From: Octopus sinensis
Lineage: Eukaryota
Length of the DNA: 64,000 nt
Reading direction: 5' to 3'
Assembly (NCBI RefSeq): GCF_006345805.1
Contig: NC_043003.1
Coordinates: 75,516,001 to 75,580,000 of the forward strand
Part shown: positions 14,242-23,642 of the stretch, one piece after another
Position numbering within the stretch: position 1 is the first letter of the stretch
Layout: each line of letters begins with the position of its first letter
Notes under the pieces: generated by a model
Database searches by the model: none
What the model was told of the DNA's origin: nothing
The model's input: only the letters and a program-made list of their open reading frames with translations
Made by a program: the position numbers and the translations under genes

Positions 14242-14425
14242 ATATATATACATATATGTATGTATATATGTATATGTATGTATATTCGACAGCCTTCTTT
14301 TAAATTCCGTCTATAGCTCCAGTCACAAGACTTTGATCGGCCTGTGACTATAACAGAAGACACTTGCTAAAGGTAACACGCAGTGCGACTGAACTGGAAA
14401 CCGTGTGACTGGAAAGCAACTCTAT
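13985..14425 (-). mobile_element. tRNA-derived SINE (family A) with internal (TA)n expansion
   Basis: Minus strand: head ...ggtttccagttcagtcgcactgcgtg...agcaagtgtcttc...ggccgatcaaag...gacggaa...gtcg, internal TA array 14140-14285, 3' part ...ggtgctacaagatggccgcagt. Homologous to copies at 51130 and 58420. Confidence 0.75.
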
Positions 14426-14428
14426 ATA

Positions 14429-14600
14429 CGGGGGGCTGATGAAATGGTCCTGGCGTGCGGTGAAATAAAATACATGAAAATCAGTTAATTTTGATTTAAT
14501 CATTTCCGTCTGAGATTCACACACCTATTGCAGCGGTCCTTCAGTTTTTCTGAGACTTATAAAAATCTCGGAAGGATAGGTACCCAGACATGCCTATCGC
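14429..14600 (-). mobile_element. Mariner-like 3' end fragment with TIR
   Basis: TA at 14427-28 followed by cggggggctgatgaaa (TIR-like). Minus strand encodes LKDRCNRCVNLR, like the mariner C-terminus L..RW.KCV...G. Confidence 0.6.
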
Positions 14601-14638
14601 GATACCCTTAAAGCCAGGAAAGGTTCAGCGCCCCATCG

Positions 14639-14718
<80 letters not shown>

Positions 14719-14764
14719 AATGTGTGTGTGTGTATGTATACATACACACACGCGCGCACATACA

Positions 14765-16043
14765 TAGGGTGTCCTAGATAGATTTTCATTTACTCATGTT
14801 TAAAACTTTCTGTAAAGAATATCGGTTCAGGTAATATTATCTACACTTTATGTAAAAATTTGCATATGTCTTTTATTTATGTGTCTGTTGTTTGTTCGTC
14901 TATAACAGGTTTGTAAACAAATATGGCGTCGAAATTAAAAGGTGACAAGATTGTCGTTTTGAAAATAACTGGGTGAGAAAGGACGACATAACAAAACAGT
15001 TGGATGTGTGCGAATAACAATGTTCAATACCTGGAAAAGGTATATAGAGTCTGCTACTACGTCTAACGAGCCATTTTCTGGAAGGAAACGATCACTAAGT
15101 ATTAAACAAAACTTCGAAGCTGTGAGGAAGGAAATGAACCTAAATACTCTGCAAAAGCACTTGATATTTCGAAATCGCCAATGCACAGTTTTTTTTTAAA
15201 GAGGATTTAAAGCTAACTGCATCCAAAAACCAACAAGAAATTTAATTTCAGTAACTTTCAAGAAGAAACTGCTCGACATGGGTAACACCATGTTAGCTGA
15301 GATGAAGCGCGCCGCTAACAATGTGTTGGTCTGGTCCGACGAGAATACCTTCACTGTGGAGGCAGTTACAACAGGCAGAATGACAGGCTTTATGCACGTA
15401 ATGCAGGAGACTTGCCCGAATGTAGCAGATGTCTTTCACGCCATCAGAAGCTAGCTTTACTCGTGGTGTGGCCCGCAGCTGCACTGTTGAGTCGAAGTCT
15501 CCTTTGATTTTCATTGATGTTGGCTTCATGTTCAACAGTGAAGTTAATGTGGAATGTTGGATGAGAAAGTTTTACCCTGGGCCACAGAGAACTTTAGAGA
15601 CCGTTACATATTCACTCAAGACTGGGCTCCGGTCCATAAATCCAATTTCACACAAAGCTGGCGCAAAGAAGAGCATATCAGTGTCTTGGGGACAATCTGA
15701 TGTCTTCCCTCATGTCCAGACGGCAATCCCATGGTCTTTGTTACCTAGTCCATATTAGAGAGTCATGTTTCCGCTCGCTCCTATTCAAATATGTCAGATC
15801 TGAAGAAAGCCCTTCTGTCTTCGTGGATCAAATTGGATGAAGTGATAGTATGGTGCTCATGTAAGTCAGTGAACACACGATTGCCGGGTATAATCAAGGC
15901 GAAAGGCAGACATTTTGAAATGAAATTACAGTAATGGATTGACAATTTACGTTAGAACATGTTTACCAAATTTCATTATCCTACCTTAAGTTTAATTTGA
16001 AGAATTAGAAATATCAATGGGTAAATCTTTCTAAGACACGCTG
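14765..16043 (+). mobile_element. Full-length decayed Tc1/mariner element, DD37D (maT) family
   Basis: Imperfect 21-bp TIRs tagggtgtcctagatagattt (14765-85) and aaatctttctaagacacgctg (16023-43) followed by TA. Transposase from ATG 14923 has VWSDENTFTVE, NRQNDRLY, FTQDWAPVH and SCPDGNPM[V]F. There are exactly 37 residues between the 2nd D and the 3rd catalytic position (mutated D>V). Contains stops and frameshifts. Confidence 0.88.
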
Positions 16044-16220
16044 TATGTATGTATGTATGTATGTATGTATGTATGTATGTATGTGTGTATGTATGTATGT
16101 ATGTATGTATGTATATATATATGTATGTATGTATCTATCTATCTATCTATGTAGGTAGGTAGGTAGGTAGGTAGGTAGGTAGGTAGGTAGGTAAGTAGGT
16201 AGGTAGATATGCGTGTATGT
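16044..16220. repeat. (TATG)n/(TATC)n/(TAGG)n tetranucleotide array
   Basis: Read directly. Confidence 0.95.
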
Positions 16221-16959
16221 ATATATGCACATTATTAATATTAAAGCAGCAAAAACACCACGAAAATATCACAAAAATCTGCTACTAACAGTTTATCGCT
16301 CGTGTTCGTCGCACAGTTTAGATAATAATAATAATAAAGTATATTACTCTACTTCCGATATTTGAACACTATTTTTCCTACCTTGTCTCACATTTATGTG
16401 CTAATTTTGGTATAAATACACACACACACACACACACATTCACACACATACATACGCACACACGCGCACGCACACACACACACGCACATACACACACACA
16501 TACACACACACACATTGCTGCTGAGGCAAGCTAATTGCACCAAAGCCTGTCTATGTATGTATTCTCGTTATATATATAACACTACCATGTGAAATGCTTC
16601 CAAACGGTGATGTCTCGGCGTCATGTTTAATATTCAATATAATTCCATTCATAATTTAAACATTAATATAAAAACATTATTAATCACAATTTTTATACGT
16701 AAATATATAAATACGATTTAAAATGTCATCAGTTAACGACGACCAATTTAAATGTTACATAAACTGCTTTTTTCTTTTATCATTTTTCATTATAATGTCA
16801 GTATACTGTAGTAATAAATACTTTGAGCTTGCACGTAGGGTACGTCTGAGTGGACATTTGCTCAGCTAGGAATAGCAGCCGCGTTTCTTATAAATGATTC
16901 TAAGAATTTTAGAAGAATAACACAATAGAGGACGGAAACTTATCTCTAAATCTCTCTAT

Positions 16960-17032
16960 AAGCATATGTAAAGCCCACATACATTCATACAGACAGAAAC
17001 ACACGCACACACAGACATACATATATATATTA

Positions 17033-17111
<79 letters not shown>

Positions 17112-17264
17112 CATATAATATATATATATATATATATTCATATTATATATATATATTCATATAATTTATATATTATATATATATATATATATATTATATA
17201 TATTATATATATATATTCACATATAATATATACATATATATATTCATATTATATATATATATTC

Positions 17265-17310
<46 letters not shown>

Positions 17311-17456
17311 CATCAATGCATTGTCTAAAGATGAATAGGGTAAACGTGTTTTTAATTTTCCTTAAATTTCGGAATTACTACTATTTGCGGTTGGAGTCCT
17401 GGCTGCTCTTTCTAGTGGGTCGAACGACCCATTGTGGCCGTTCCTCAATTGTTGTT

Positions 17457-17521
<65 letters not shown>

Positions 17522-17550
17522 TATATATTATATATATATATATATATATA
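16960..17550. repeat. Two interrupted (TA)n arrays (16960-17310, 17455-17550)
   Basis: Read directly; a higher-order repeat of tattcacatataat...tattcatatt occurs at ~17105 and ~17213. Confidence 0.9.
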
Positions 17551-18157
17551 TTCAAAATTTAAAAATAGGATAACATCTTCATAACAATTTATCAAGTAGT
17601 TAGCGGGAAAAAACATATAAGAGAAAAAATCCAACAATGTTTTCACTTAAATGTATTTATTTATATTATATAGAGGGCATTATTACACAAAAATGCCACA
17701 CGCTAGGAGGGACTCGTGAAATCAAAACTACTATCGCACCGAATGCAAACTGTTGAAGCCAGACATTTAAAAAAAGAATTTAGATATATATCACCTGTGA
17801 TTTCGTAATTAGTACAGTATTTTGTGATCTTTACTCCTCAGTAAAAGCATAATTCAAGATTTATAATGAATAAACAAAATCAACATGCCAGACGAACAAC
17901 TGTCGTATCCACCGTAGTATTAAGAACTGTTCACCCCTTATATCTCAATGTAAATGGCAGTCTTTTTCTAATTGCATTTCGGTAACAACGTGCTTATTGG
18001 GAATAGAAATTCAGTATTGAATATACTCCGGTTAAATTTATAATTTAAAAATAGGCTTAAAACGGCTTAAATTGTAATGGGACAGTAGATGGCATAAATG
18101 GCATGCGAGGAACGAAGACAATTATATACATATATATATATATATATATATTCATAT

Positions 18158-18209
<52 letters not shown>

Positions 18210-18263
18210 CTTAGAATAACTTAGAAAGGTTTTTGGCCAGTATTGGCCCAGGCCATGTCTAAC

Positions 18264-21200
18264 TTAATAGCACCACCTGGCGAAGTCTTTCAGTTCAGGA
18301 TTTGGGCACCAAGGCCCATTCGAGCAGAGAGTTATTGTTTGCAGAGACATATCCGGGTGTGGGTGGTTTGTCCGGTACTGTTTGAAGGAATTTGTCCAAA
18401 GACTTCTTGAATTTTGTGTGGTCAGTTTCTTTTTGACGTGTCCTGGTGTAATGTTGAAGAGAGCGGGTCCAATTGAGGTGAAATAGTTGTGCCGTATTGT
18501 CGTTATGTGATGCGATTTAGATTTTTGTTGTGGACGGATGGCACGTGGTCCAAGCCTTGGATGCATTTTGAAGGTGATGCCAACATCATTCGGACAGTGC
18601 TGATGGAATATTTTCCACATCATACAGATAATGTAGCGTTCACGGCGTCGTTGGAGTGAATACAATTTCAGCTTCTCTAGTCTACCCCAGTAGTCAAGGT
18701 CTGACATGCCATCTATCTTTTTTGTGATTGACCTTTGGGGAGCTTCAATTCTCATAATATTTTGTTTTGTGTAGGGAGACCACAGTGGACAGCAGTATTC
18801 AAGGTGGGGTCGGGCAAAAGTGGAGAAGAGAAGGATAATAGCGTGGGAATCTCTCGACTGGAAGGTTCTGAGAATCCAGGAACACATTCTGCGGGCCATG
18901 TCAACTTTGCTGCTTATATGTGTAGCCCAGCTTATGTTGTTGTCCACTGTTACTCCCAGGTCTCTGATGTTGTTGGATGCCATGAGAATTTCTCCAGAAG
19001 GAAGAGAGTATGGGAGTTTCAGAGCGTCCTCCCTTCCAAAGTGGATCAGTTCGAATTTGTCTTCATTTAGCAACATGTTATTCTTTTCCGCCCATTGGAC
19101 AACAGCCAGTAGGTCTGACTGAAGGTTTATTCGGTCATCCACGCCATTGATGACCTTCTGGAGCTTGGAATCATCAGCGAAGGTTCTGATGTTGCTGTGT
19201 TTGATGGTGTCAGTAATATCATTTATGTAGATGATGAAGAGAAGTGGGCCCAACACAGTGCCTTGTGGGACACCACTGCTGACTTTGGCTGGGCTGGATT
19301 TGACTCCTTCGACTACAACATGTTGGGTTCTGTTAGAGAGGAAGCACTTGATCCATTGCAGCAGCTTTCCAGTGACACCAATATTGGACAGCTTTCTCAG
19401 AAGGATCTTATGATCAACCCTGTCAAAGGCCTTGCTGAAATCAAGGTAGATGACATCAGTGTTGGAACCCTCTCCCAAGGCTCTCAAAATGTCATCAAAA
19501 TGATGCAGTAGCTGCGTCAGGCAATCTCTCCCATTACGGAATCCATGCTGGTTGGGGTTCAGCATATTATGACTCTCAAGGAAGTGAGTCATACGCGATC
19601 TCAGCACCCTCTCAAATACCTTGATGATATGAGAGGTGAGTGAGATTGGACGGTAATTCACGGCAAGCGATTTGTTTCCTTTTTTGAAAACTGGGACAAC
19701 AGACTGGGATAGAAGGTCTTCTGGTATATATCCAGCATCCAATGAGTTCCGCCACAGATTGGCTAGAGGGGGTGCAAGTTGGTTTTGACACATCTTCAAG
19801 ACACAAGCAGGGAACCTATCGGGACCTACTGCTGAATTATGCTTCATTTCCTTTATTGCTGCTAAGACATCAGGAGCGCCAAATGTTATGTCCGATAAAG
19901 TGTATTGGGGAGTAACATCACTGATACAGCCCAGATCAGTCATATCAGGATTGCTGAAAACAGAGCAATATTGTTTCTGCAATATTTCTCCCATGGTTTT
20001 GGCATTGTCTTGGAGAGTACCATTTTCATCAATCAGAGGGCCAACAGTAGAACCAGTGACTCTGTGTTTTTTTGCAAATGAAAAGAACACTTTGGGATTG
20101 AGTTTGATCTTCTCAATGGCCCAGGCCTCTTCAGCTCTTCGCTGACTATTGATGATAGACATCATGTTGTTTTGGAGTTTATGTTTTTTAATCTCTAGCG
20201 ACGAGATGGCAGTCAGGTTGGTGTGTTGCTGTTGACAGTATTTCAGCATGTTGATCTTTTTGTTGATTCTTTTAATTTTCCTTATGAGAGATTTTCTATT
20301 TCTAGGGATTCGACACTTAGATTTGTTTGCAGATCTTAATGGGGTGTGTCTTGCACATATGTTCGTAATGGTGTCTACAAGTGACTGCCAGGACTTTTTG
20401 ATGTTAGTGGGTGTGTATGTGTGCGTGAAGGACCAATCGACTTGTGCAAGATCATTATTGATCGCTTCCCAGTTTGCATTGTGGAAATCCATAGTGTCAA
20501 ATGGATGAGCAGGAGGGATGACATTTGTTTTGCATTTTGGCCAGTGAAATCTCAGATCACAGAGAACCATGTCATGGTCGGAGAGTAGGGTTTTCTCCAC
20601 TGCAATATTGTGGATAGTATCAGTGTGATTGCTGAAAATTAAGTCTAAGACGTTTTTGTGACATCTCGTTGGTTCGAGTACCAGTTGGGACAAGAAGAAG
20701 TCATCCATGAAGTCAAGAAGCGATTCCACTGCCTCCCTGTCAGGGGTTGAGAGAGAAGAACCTGGCGGCAGACTGTTTGTAGACCAGTCAACCCTGGGAA
20801 GGTTGAAATCTCCCATCATTAAAATGTTGTCAGGTTGACACTGCTGAATGAAACACTTTATGCTGTTGAGGCATTCCTTGAAGCATGGTAGGGGCGTTTG
20901 GGGTGGTCTGTAGAGCCCAACTACTGTTAAGTTGTTGGTTTGACTGAATACAGCAACTGCTTCGCAGTATCCATTCGAAAATATGTTCATGGCTTCTGTT
21001 GAGAATGAATCATGGACATAAATGGCAGTCCCACCCTTTCTTCTGCCAACACGATCAGCACGAATGGATTTGAAATTTTTAACTTTCACCTCGGCTTCCA
21101 AGTGGAGGTCACTAAGATGGGTTTCAGTGAGGACGAAGAAAGGGATGTGGTTTGGATGGGCCTCGACCCAGTCCTCCAGGAATCTTATCTTCCATTTTTG

Positions 21201-21311
21201 TGTATTGGTGGAAGGGCTGATGCCTTGGGCATTAAGCAGAAATGTTGAGGCGAGAGTGGATGGTTTTAATTGTTTTGGTGATTTGTTTATTTGATTGCTT
21301 TTTAATGGCAT
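18264..21311 (-). CDS. LINE ORF2: apurinic-like endonuclease plus reverse transcriptase; C-terminus frameshifted
   Basis: EN motifs LLNAQG, LTETHL, RADR..RKGGTAIYV, GLYRPP, MGDFNLP, LDLIFSN, SDH. RT motifs NYRPISLTS, QHGFR, YLDFSKAFDRVDH, GVPQGTVLGPLLF, FADDSK, LGV. C-terminal YSLQRRRERY. The authentic C-terminus appears to be in the alternative frame with stop at 18295-97. Confidence 0.95.
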   Translation of the reverse strand: MPLKSNQINKSPKQLKPSTLASTFLLNAQGISPSTNTQKWKIRFLEDWVEAHPNHIPFFVLTETHLSDLHLEAEVKVKNFKSIRADRVGRRKGGTAIYVHDSFSTEAMNIFSNGYCEAVAVFSQTNNLTVVGLYRPPQTPLPCFKECLNSIKCFIQQCQPDNILMMGDFNLPRVDWSTNSLPPGSSLSTPDREAVESLLDFMDDFFLSQLVLEPTRCHKNVLDLIFSNHTDTIHNIAVEKTLLSDHDMVLCDLRFHWPKCKTNVIPPAHPFDTMDFHNANWEAINNDLAQVDWSFTHTYTPTNIKKSWQSLVDTITNICARHTPLRSANKSKCRIPRNRKSLIRKIKRINKKINMLKYCQQQHTNLTAISSLEIKKHKLQNNMMSIINSQRRAEEAWAIEKIKLNPKVFFSFAKKHRVTGSTVGPLIDENGTLQDNAKTMGEILQKQYCSVFSNPDMTDLGCISDVTPQYTLSDITFGAPDVLAAIKEMKHNSAVGPDRFPACVLKMCQNQLAPPLANLWRNSLDAGYIPEDLLSQSVVPVFKKGNKSLAVNYRPISLTSHIIKVFERVLRSRMTHFLESHNMLNPNQHGFRNGRDCLTQLLHHFDDILRALGEGSNTDVIYLDFSKAFDRVDHKILLRKLSNIGVTGKLLQWIKCFLSNRTQHVVVEGVKSSPAKVSSGVPQGTVLGPLLFIIYINDITDTIKHSNIRTFADDSKLQKVINGVDDRINLQSDLLAVVQWAEKNNMLLNEDKFELIHFGREDALKLPYSLPSGEILMASNNIRDLGVTVDNNISWATHISSKVDMARRMCSWILRTFQSRDSHAIILLFSTFARPHLEYCCPLWSPYTKQNIMRIEAPQRSITKKIDGMSDLDYWGRLEKLKLYSLQRRRERYIICMMWKIFHQHCPNDVGITFKMHPRLGPRAIRPQQKSKSHHITTIRHNYFTSIGPALFNITPGHVKKKLTTQNSRSLWTNSFKQYRTNHPHPDMSLQTITLCSNGPWCPNPELKDFARWCY

Positions 21312-22528
21312 GTGTAGTGGGGTAATAGTGGTGGATGGCGGTGGGTGATAGCTCGGATGTTTTTTTCCAGTTCTTTTGCTAGATTCATTATAGCTAAAAA
21401 AGAGGAAGAAGAGGTGGTTTCCTGTCTAGGGAACCGCAGGTGACTGTGGCCGCGGCTATTTTTATGTGAGTGGTTATCTTTAAATGTCCGACGAGTCCCC
21501 GGGAGATGGGTAAAGGGGCAATCCCTGTGCAAGCACAATCTGTCTCGCTGGGAATAGCGGCAGATTTGGGGATTCCTTGTTTGAGATATTGGTGGTTGTG
21601 GTGATGTTGTATTATGGTGGTTGCTGTTGTAGTTTGTGGGGATAGAGCGTTTTGTTCCAGGTAAATGGGTGAATTTGCAGTCTCTATCAGTGCACAGTCT
21701 ATGGCGAAGAGAATATCGGCAAATGATGGGGTTTCGAGTGGGTGTGTAGGTGCGTGTGTGTGTGTGAGCTGTGAAAGGTGTAGATGATAGTTTGTTGAAG
21801 TTTTGGCGACCTTTGTGACCTGTAGGAGGTAAATTCCTTGAGATAGCATTAGTAGTAGTAGCTGTAGTAGTAGTAGTAGTAGTAGGTAGAAGAGATGTTG
21901 ACAGTGGTAATGATTGAGGAGGTCGATTCCAAGACAAAGATGTTTGTCGATATATAGTGGGAGTAGTACTAGTAGTAGTAAGCAGAGGAGATAGTGTTGA
22001 CAATGATGATGATTCAGCTGCTGGGGCAGTGAAAGGAAGAGGTGGTGCTTCCTGCTGTGTGACCCTGATGACTGGGGGGTCAATCGTTTCATTTAGCAAA
22101 TCAGCCATTGTAGATGAATCAAGGAGTGGTTCATCCTGTTGTTGTTGTTGAGGTTGTTGTTGCCTCTGAGGTTGTTGCTGCTGAAGTTGTTGTTGTTGCT
22201 GTAGCTGTTGTTGTTGTTGTTGCCGCTGAGTTTGTTGTTGTTGAGGTTGTTGTTGTTGTTGTTGCGCCGGTGATGCGTTCGAAGAGAAAACACATCTCAG
22301 TTTATCGAAGTGTTTATTTATTAATTTAAAAGCAACTTCGATTTGTTTTAATTTATTTTGGATCTGCTGTTCAGATCGAGTTTGCAAATGGTGAACTGTT
22401 CGTTTGGCAATTTCGTTCAGACACGAAGCACCTATGCTCTCTGTTTCGGTAAGGCCATGCCATGTGTTGATAAGAACGTCGACTTCATTATCAGACCAGT
22501 TTTTGTTGGATTTTTGGTGGCTAGCCAT
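21302..22528 (-). CDS. LINE ORF1: Myb/SANT(trihelix)-like domain, polyQ, S/T/P-rich linker, two CCCH-type zinc fingers
   Basis: 408-aa ORF with agaATGG start. N-terminus WSDNEVDVLINTW...EIAKR...RSEQQIQNKLKQIEVAFK; Q-rich aa ~89-131; fingers CRYSLRHRLCTDRDCKFTH (aa 270) and CRYSQRDRLCLHRDCPFTH (aa 323). Overlaps ORF2 by 10 nt. Confidence 0.9.
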   Translation of the reverse strand: MASHQKSNKNWSDNEVDVLINTWHGLTETESIGASCLNEIAKRTVHHLQTRSEQQIQNKLKQIEVAFKLINKHFDKLRCVFSSNASPAQQQQQQPQQQQTQRQQQQQQLQQQQQLQQQQPQRQQQPQQQQQDEPLLDSSTMADLLNETIDPPVIRVTQQEAPPLPFTAPAAESSSLSTLSPLLTTTSTTPTIYRQTSLSWNRPPQSLPLSTSLLPTTTTTTTATTTNAISRNLPPTGHKGRQNFNKLSSTPFTAHTHTRTYTPTRNPIICRYSLRHRLCTDRDCKFTHLPGTKRSIPTNYNSNHHNTTSPQPPISQTRNPQICRYSQRDRLCLHRDCPFTHLPGTRRTFKDNHSHKNSRGHSHLRFPRQETTSSSSFLAIMNLAKELEKNIRAITHRHPPLLPHYTCH

Positions 22529-22969
22529 TCTGGTTGATATGTTTTATTAAATTTTATTTTGTTCGTTCGTTTTGTTGATTACTTTTAATTATTATTATTA
22601 TTTTTTTTTTAAGGAGAAGTATGTAGAATTGATTGTACAGAATGTTTGTTGTAATACTGAGAAGTTTGTATTTGAATTATGAGCTTGTAGTTATTTTATC
22701 TTTCTTTTCTTTTTTTTTTTTTTTTTTTTTTTCCCCTCTTTTTCTAATTTTTAATGTGTGGGTGATCCTTTAGTTATCAGAAGGTGTTTGAAAATATTTG
22801 GTCGTTTGAAAATTATGAAAATAGTTTGTGGTTAAGGAAAAGTCTACTCACGAGTTGGGAAAAAGCGTGGTTTCAAATATACAGGAATATATGTGATGGT
22901 CAATTACGACGAATGTAGCTGTGAAGCTTGCTGCTGACCGGCATATATATATATATATATATGTATATA

Positions 22970-23013
<44 letters not shown>

Positions 23014-23019
23014 ATATAT

Positions 23020-23430
23020 GAAAAAACAAGTCAAAATAGAAAATGCTAAAATGATTTTATAAAGAACATTTCAGTACCGGTTTCGGTCATTTTGAGACCT
23101 TTTCAACTGTAACGATTAAATAATTAAATTTAGAAAAATTGAAAGAAAAGTTTTTTTAAAGGAATATTTATATAGTGTTCAAATATAAGTGGCATTCTGC
23201 CTTTCTCCGTCTCCCTTGTTTGCACTTGTGTGTTGGAGGTTGTGAATTCTTGGTAGGGTAGCAGAAGAAGAAGGTTGATAAGGAGAGGGGGTGGAAAAAT
23301 TTGGGAGTGCCTTGATGGTCGTATTTTGAATGGTCAATGGCGGCTAGCAGTTGCAGTTCAATTCAGAATATTTCTATTGAAAGGTTTGTTTATAGAATTT
23401 GCGTAGGTGTTATACTAAAAAGCATTAGTG
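23020..23430 (-). mobile_element. Penelope-like element pLTR/3' fragment
   Basis: Carries a minimal hammerhead motif of the PLE type, followed by a T-rich tail ending in (TA)n. Confidence 0.55.
23071..23110 (-). ncRNA. Minimal type I hammerhead ribozyme, U3:A8 covariant core
   Basis: Minus strand: CAG|UUGAAAA|GGUC-UCAAAAU-GACC|GAAA|CCGG-U-A/CUG. Stem I CAG/CUG, stem II 4 bp, palindromic stem III ACCGGU, GUA cleavage triplet. Confidence 0.75.
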
Positions 23431-23454
23431 ATAAAATTAAGAGGTAGAAGGTGG

Positions 23455-23642
23455 AGAAGAAGAAGAAGAGAAGAAGAAGAAGAAGGAGAAGGAGAAGGAG
23501 AAGAAGAAGATGATGATGATGGTGATGATGATGACGACGATGATGATGATAATGATGATGATGATGAAGAAGAAGAAGAAGAAGAAGAAGAGAAGAAGAA
23601 GAAGAAGAAGAAGAAGAAGAAGAAGAAGAAGAAAGAGAAGGG
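23455..23642. repeat. (GAA)n/(GAT)n compound microsatellite
   Basis: Read directly. Confidence 0.95.

Larger units (their letters stand above)
18207..22942 (-). mobile_element. Full-length, near-intact CR1/L2-group LINE (APE-RT) inserted in a (TA)n array
   Basis: ~414-nt A-rich 5' UTR starting GCCGGTCAG at 22942; ORF1; ORF2; short 3' UTR with TGGCC..GGCCA hairpin potential; terminal repeat (TTCTAAGTTA)x2 at 18226-18207, reminiscent of CR1 (ATTCTRTG)n tails. (TA)n on both sides. Confidence 0.95.

Noticed and set aside
18735-22329. Plus-strand and alternate-frame ORFs overlapping the LINE
   Set aside because: Shadows of the long LINE ORFs with no independent motifs.
22898-22942. 5'-terminal stem (GGUCAG/UUGACC) of the LINE as a possible HDV-like ribozyme
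   Set aside because: A hairpin is possible, but I could not place P2/P3/L3/P1.1 or the J4/2 catalytic C.
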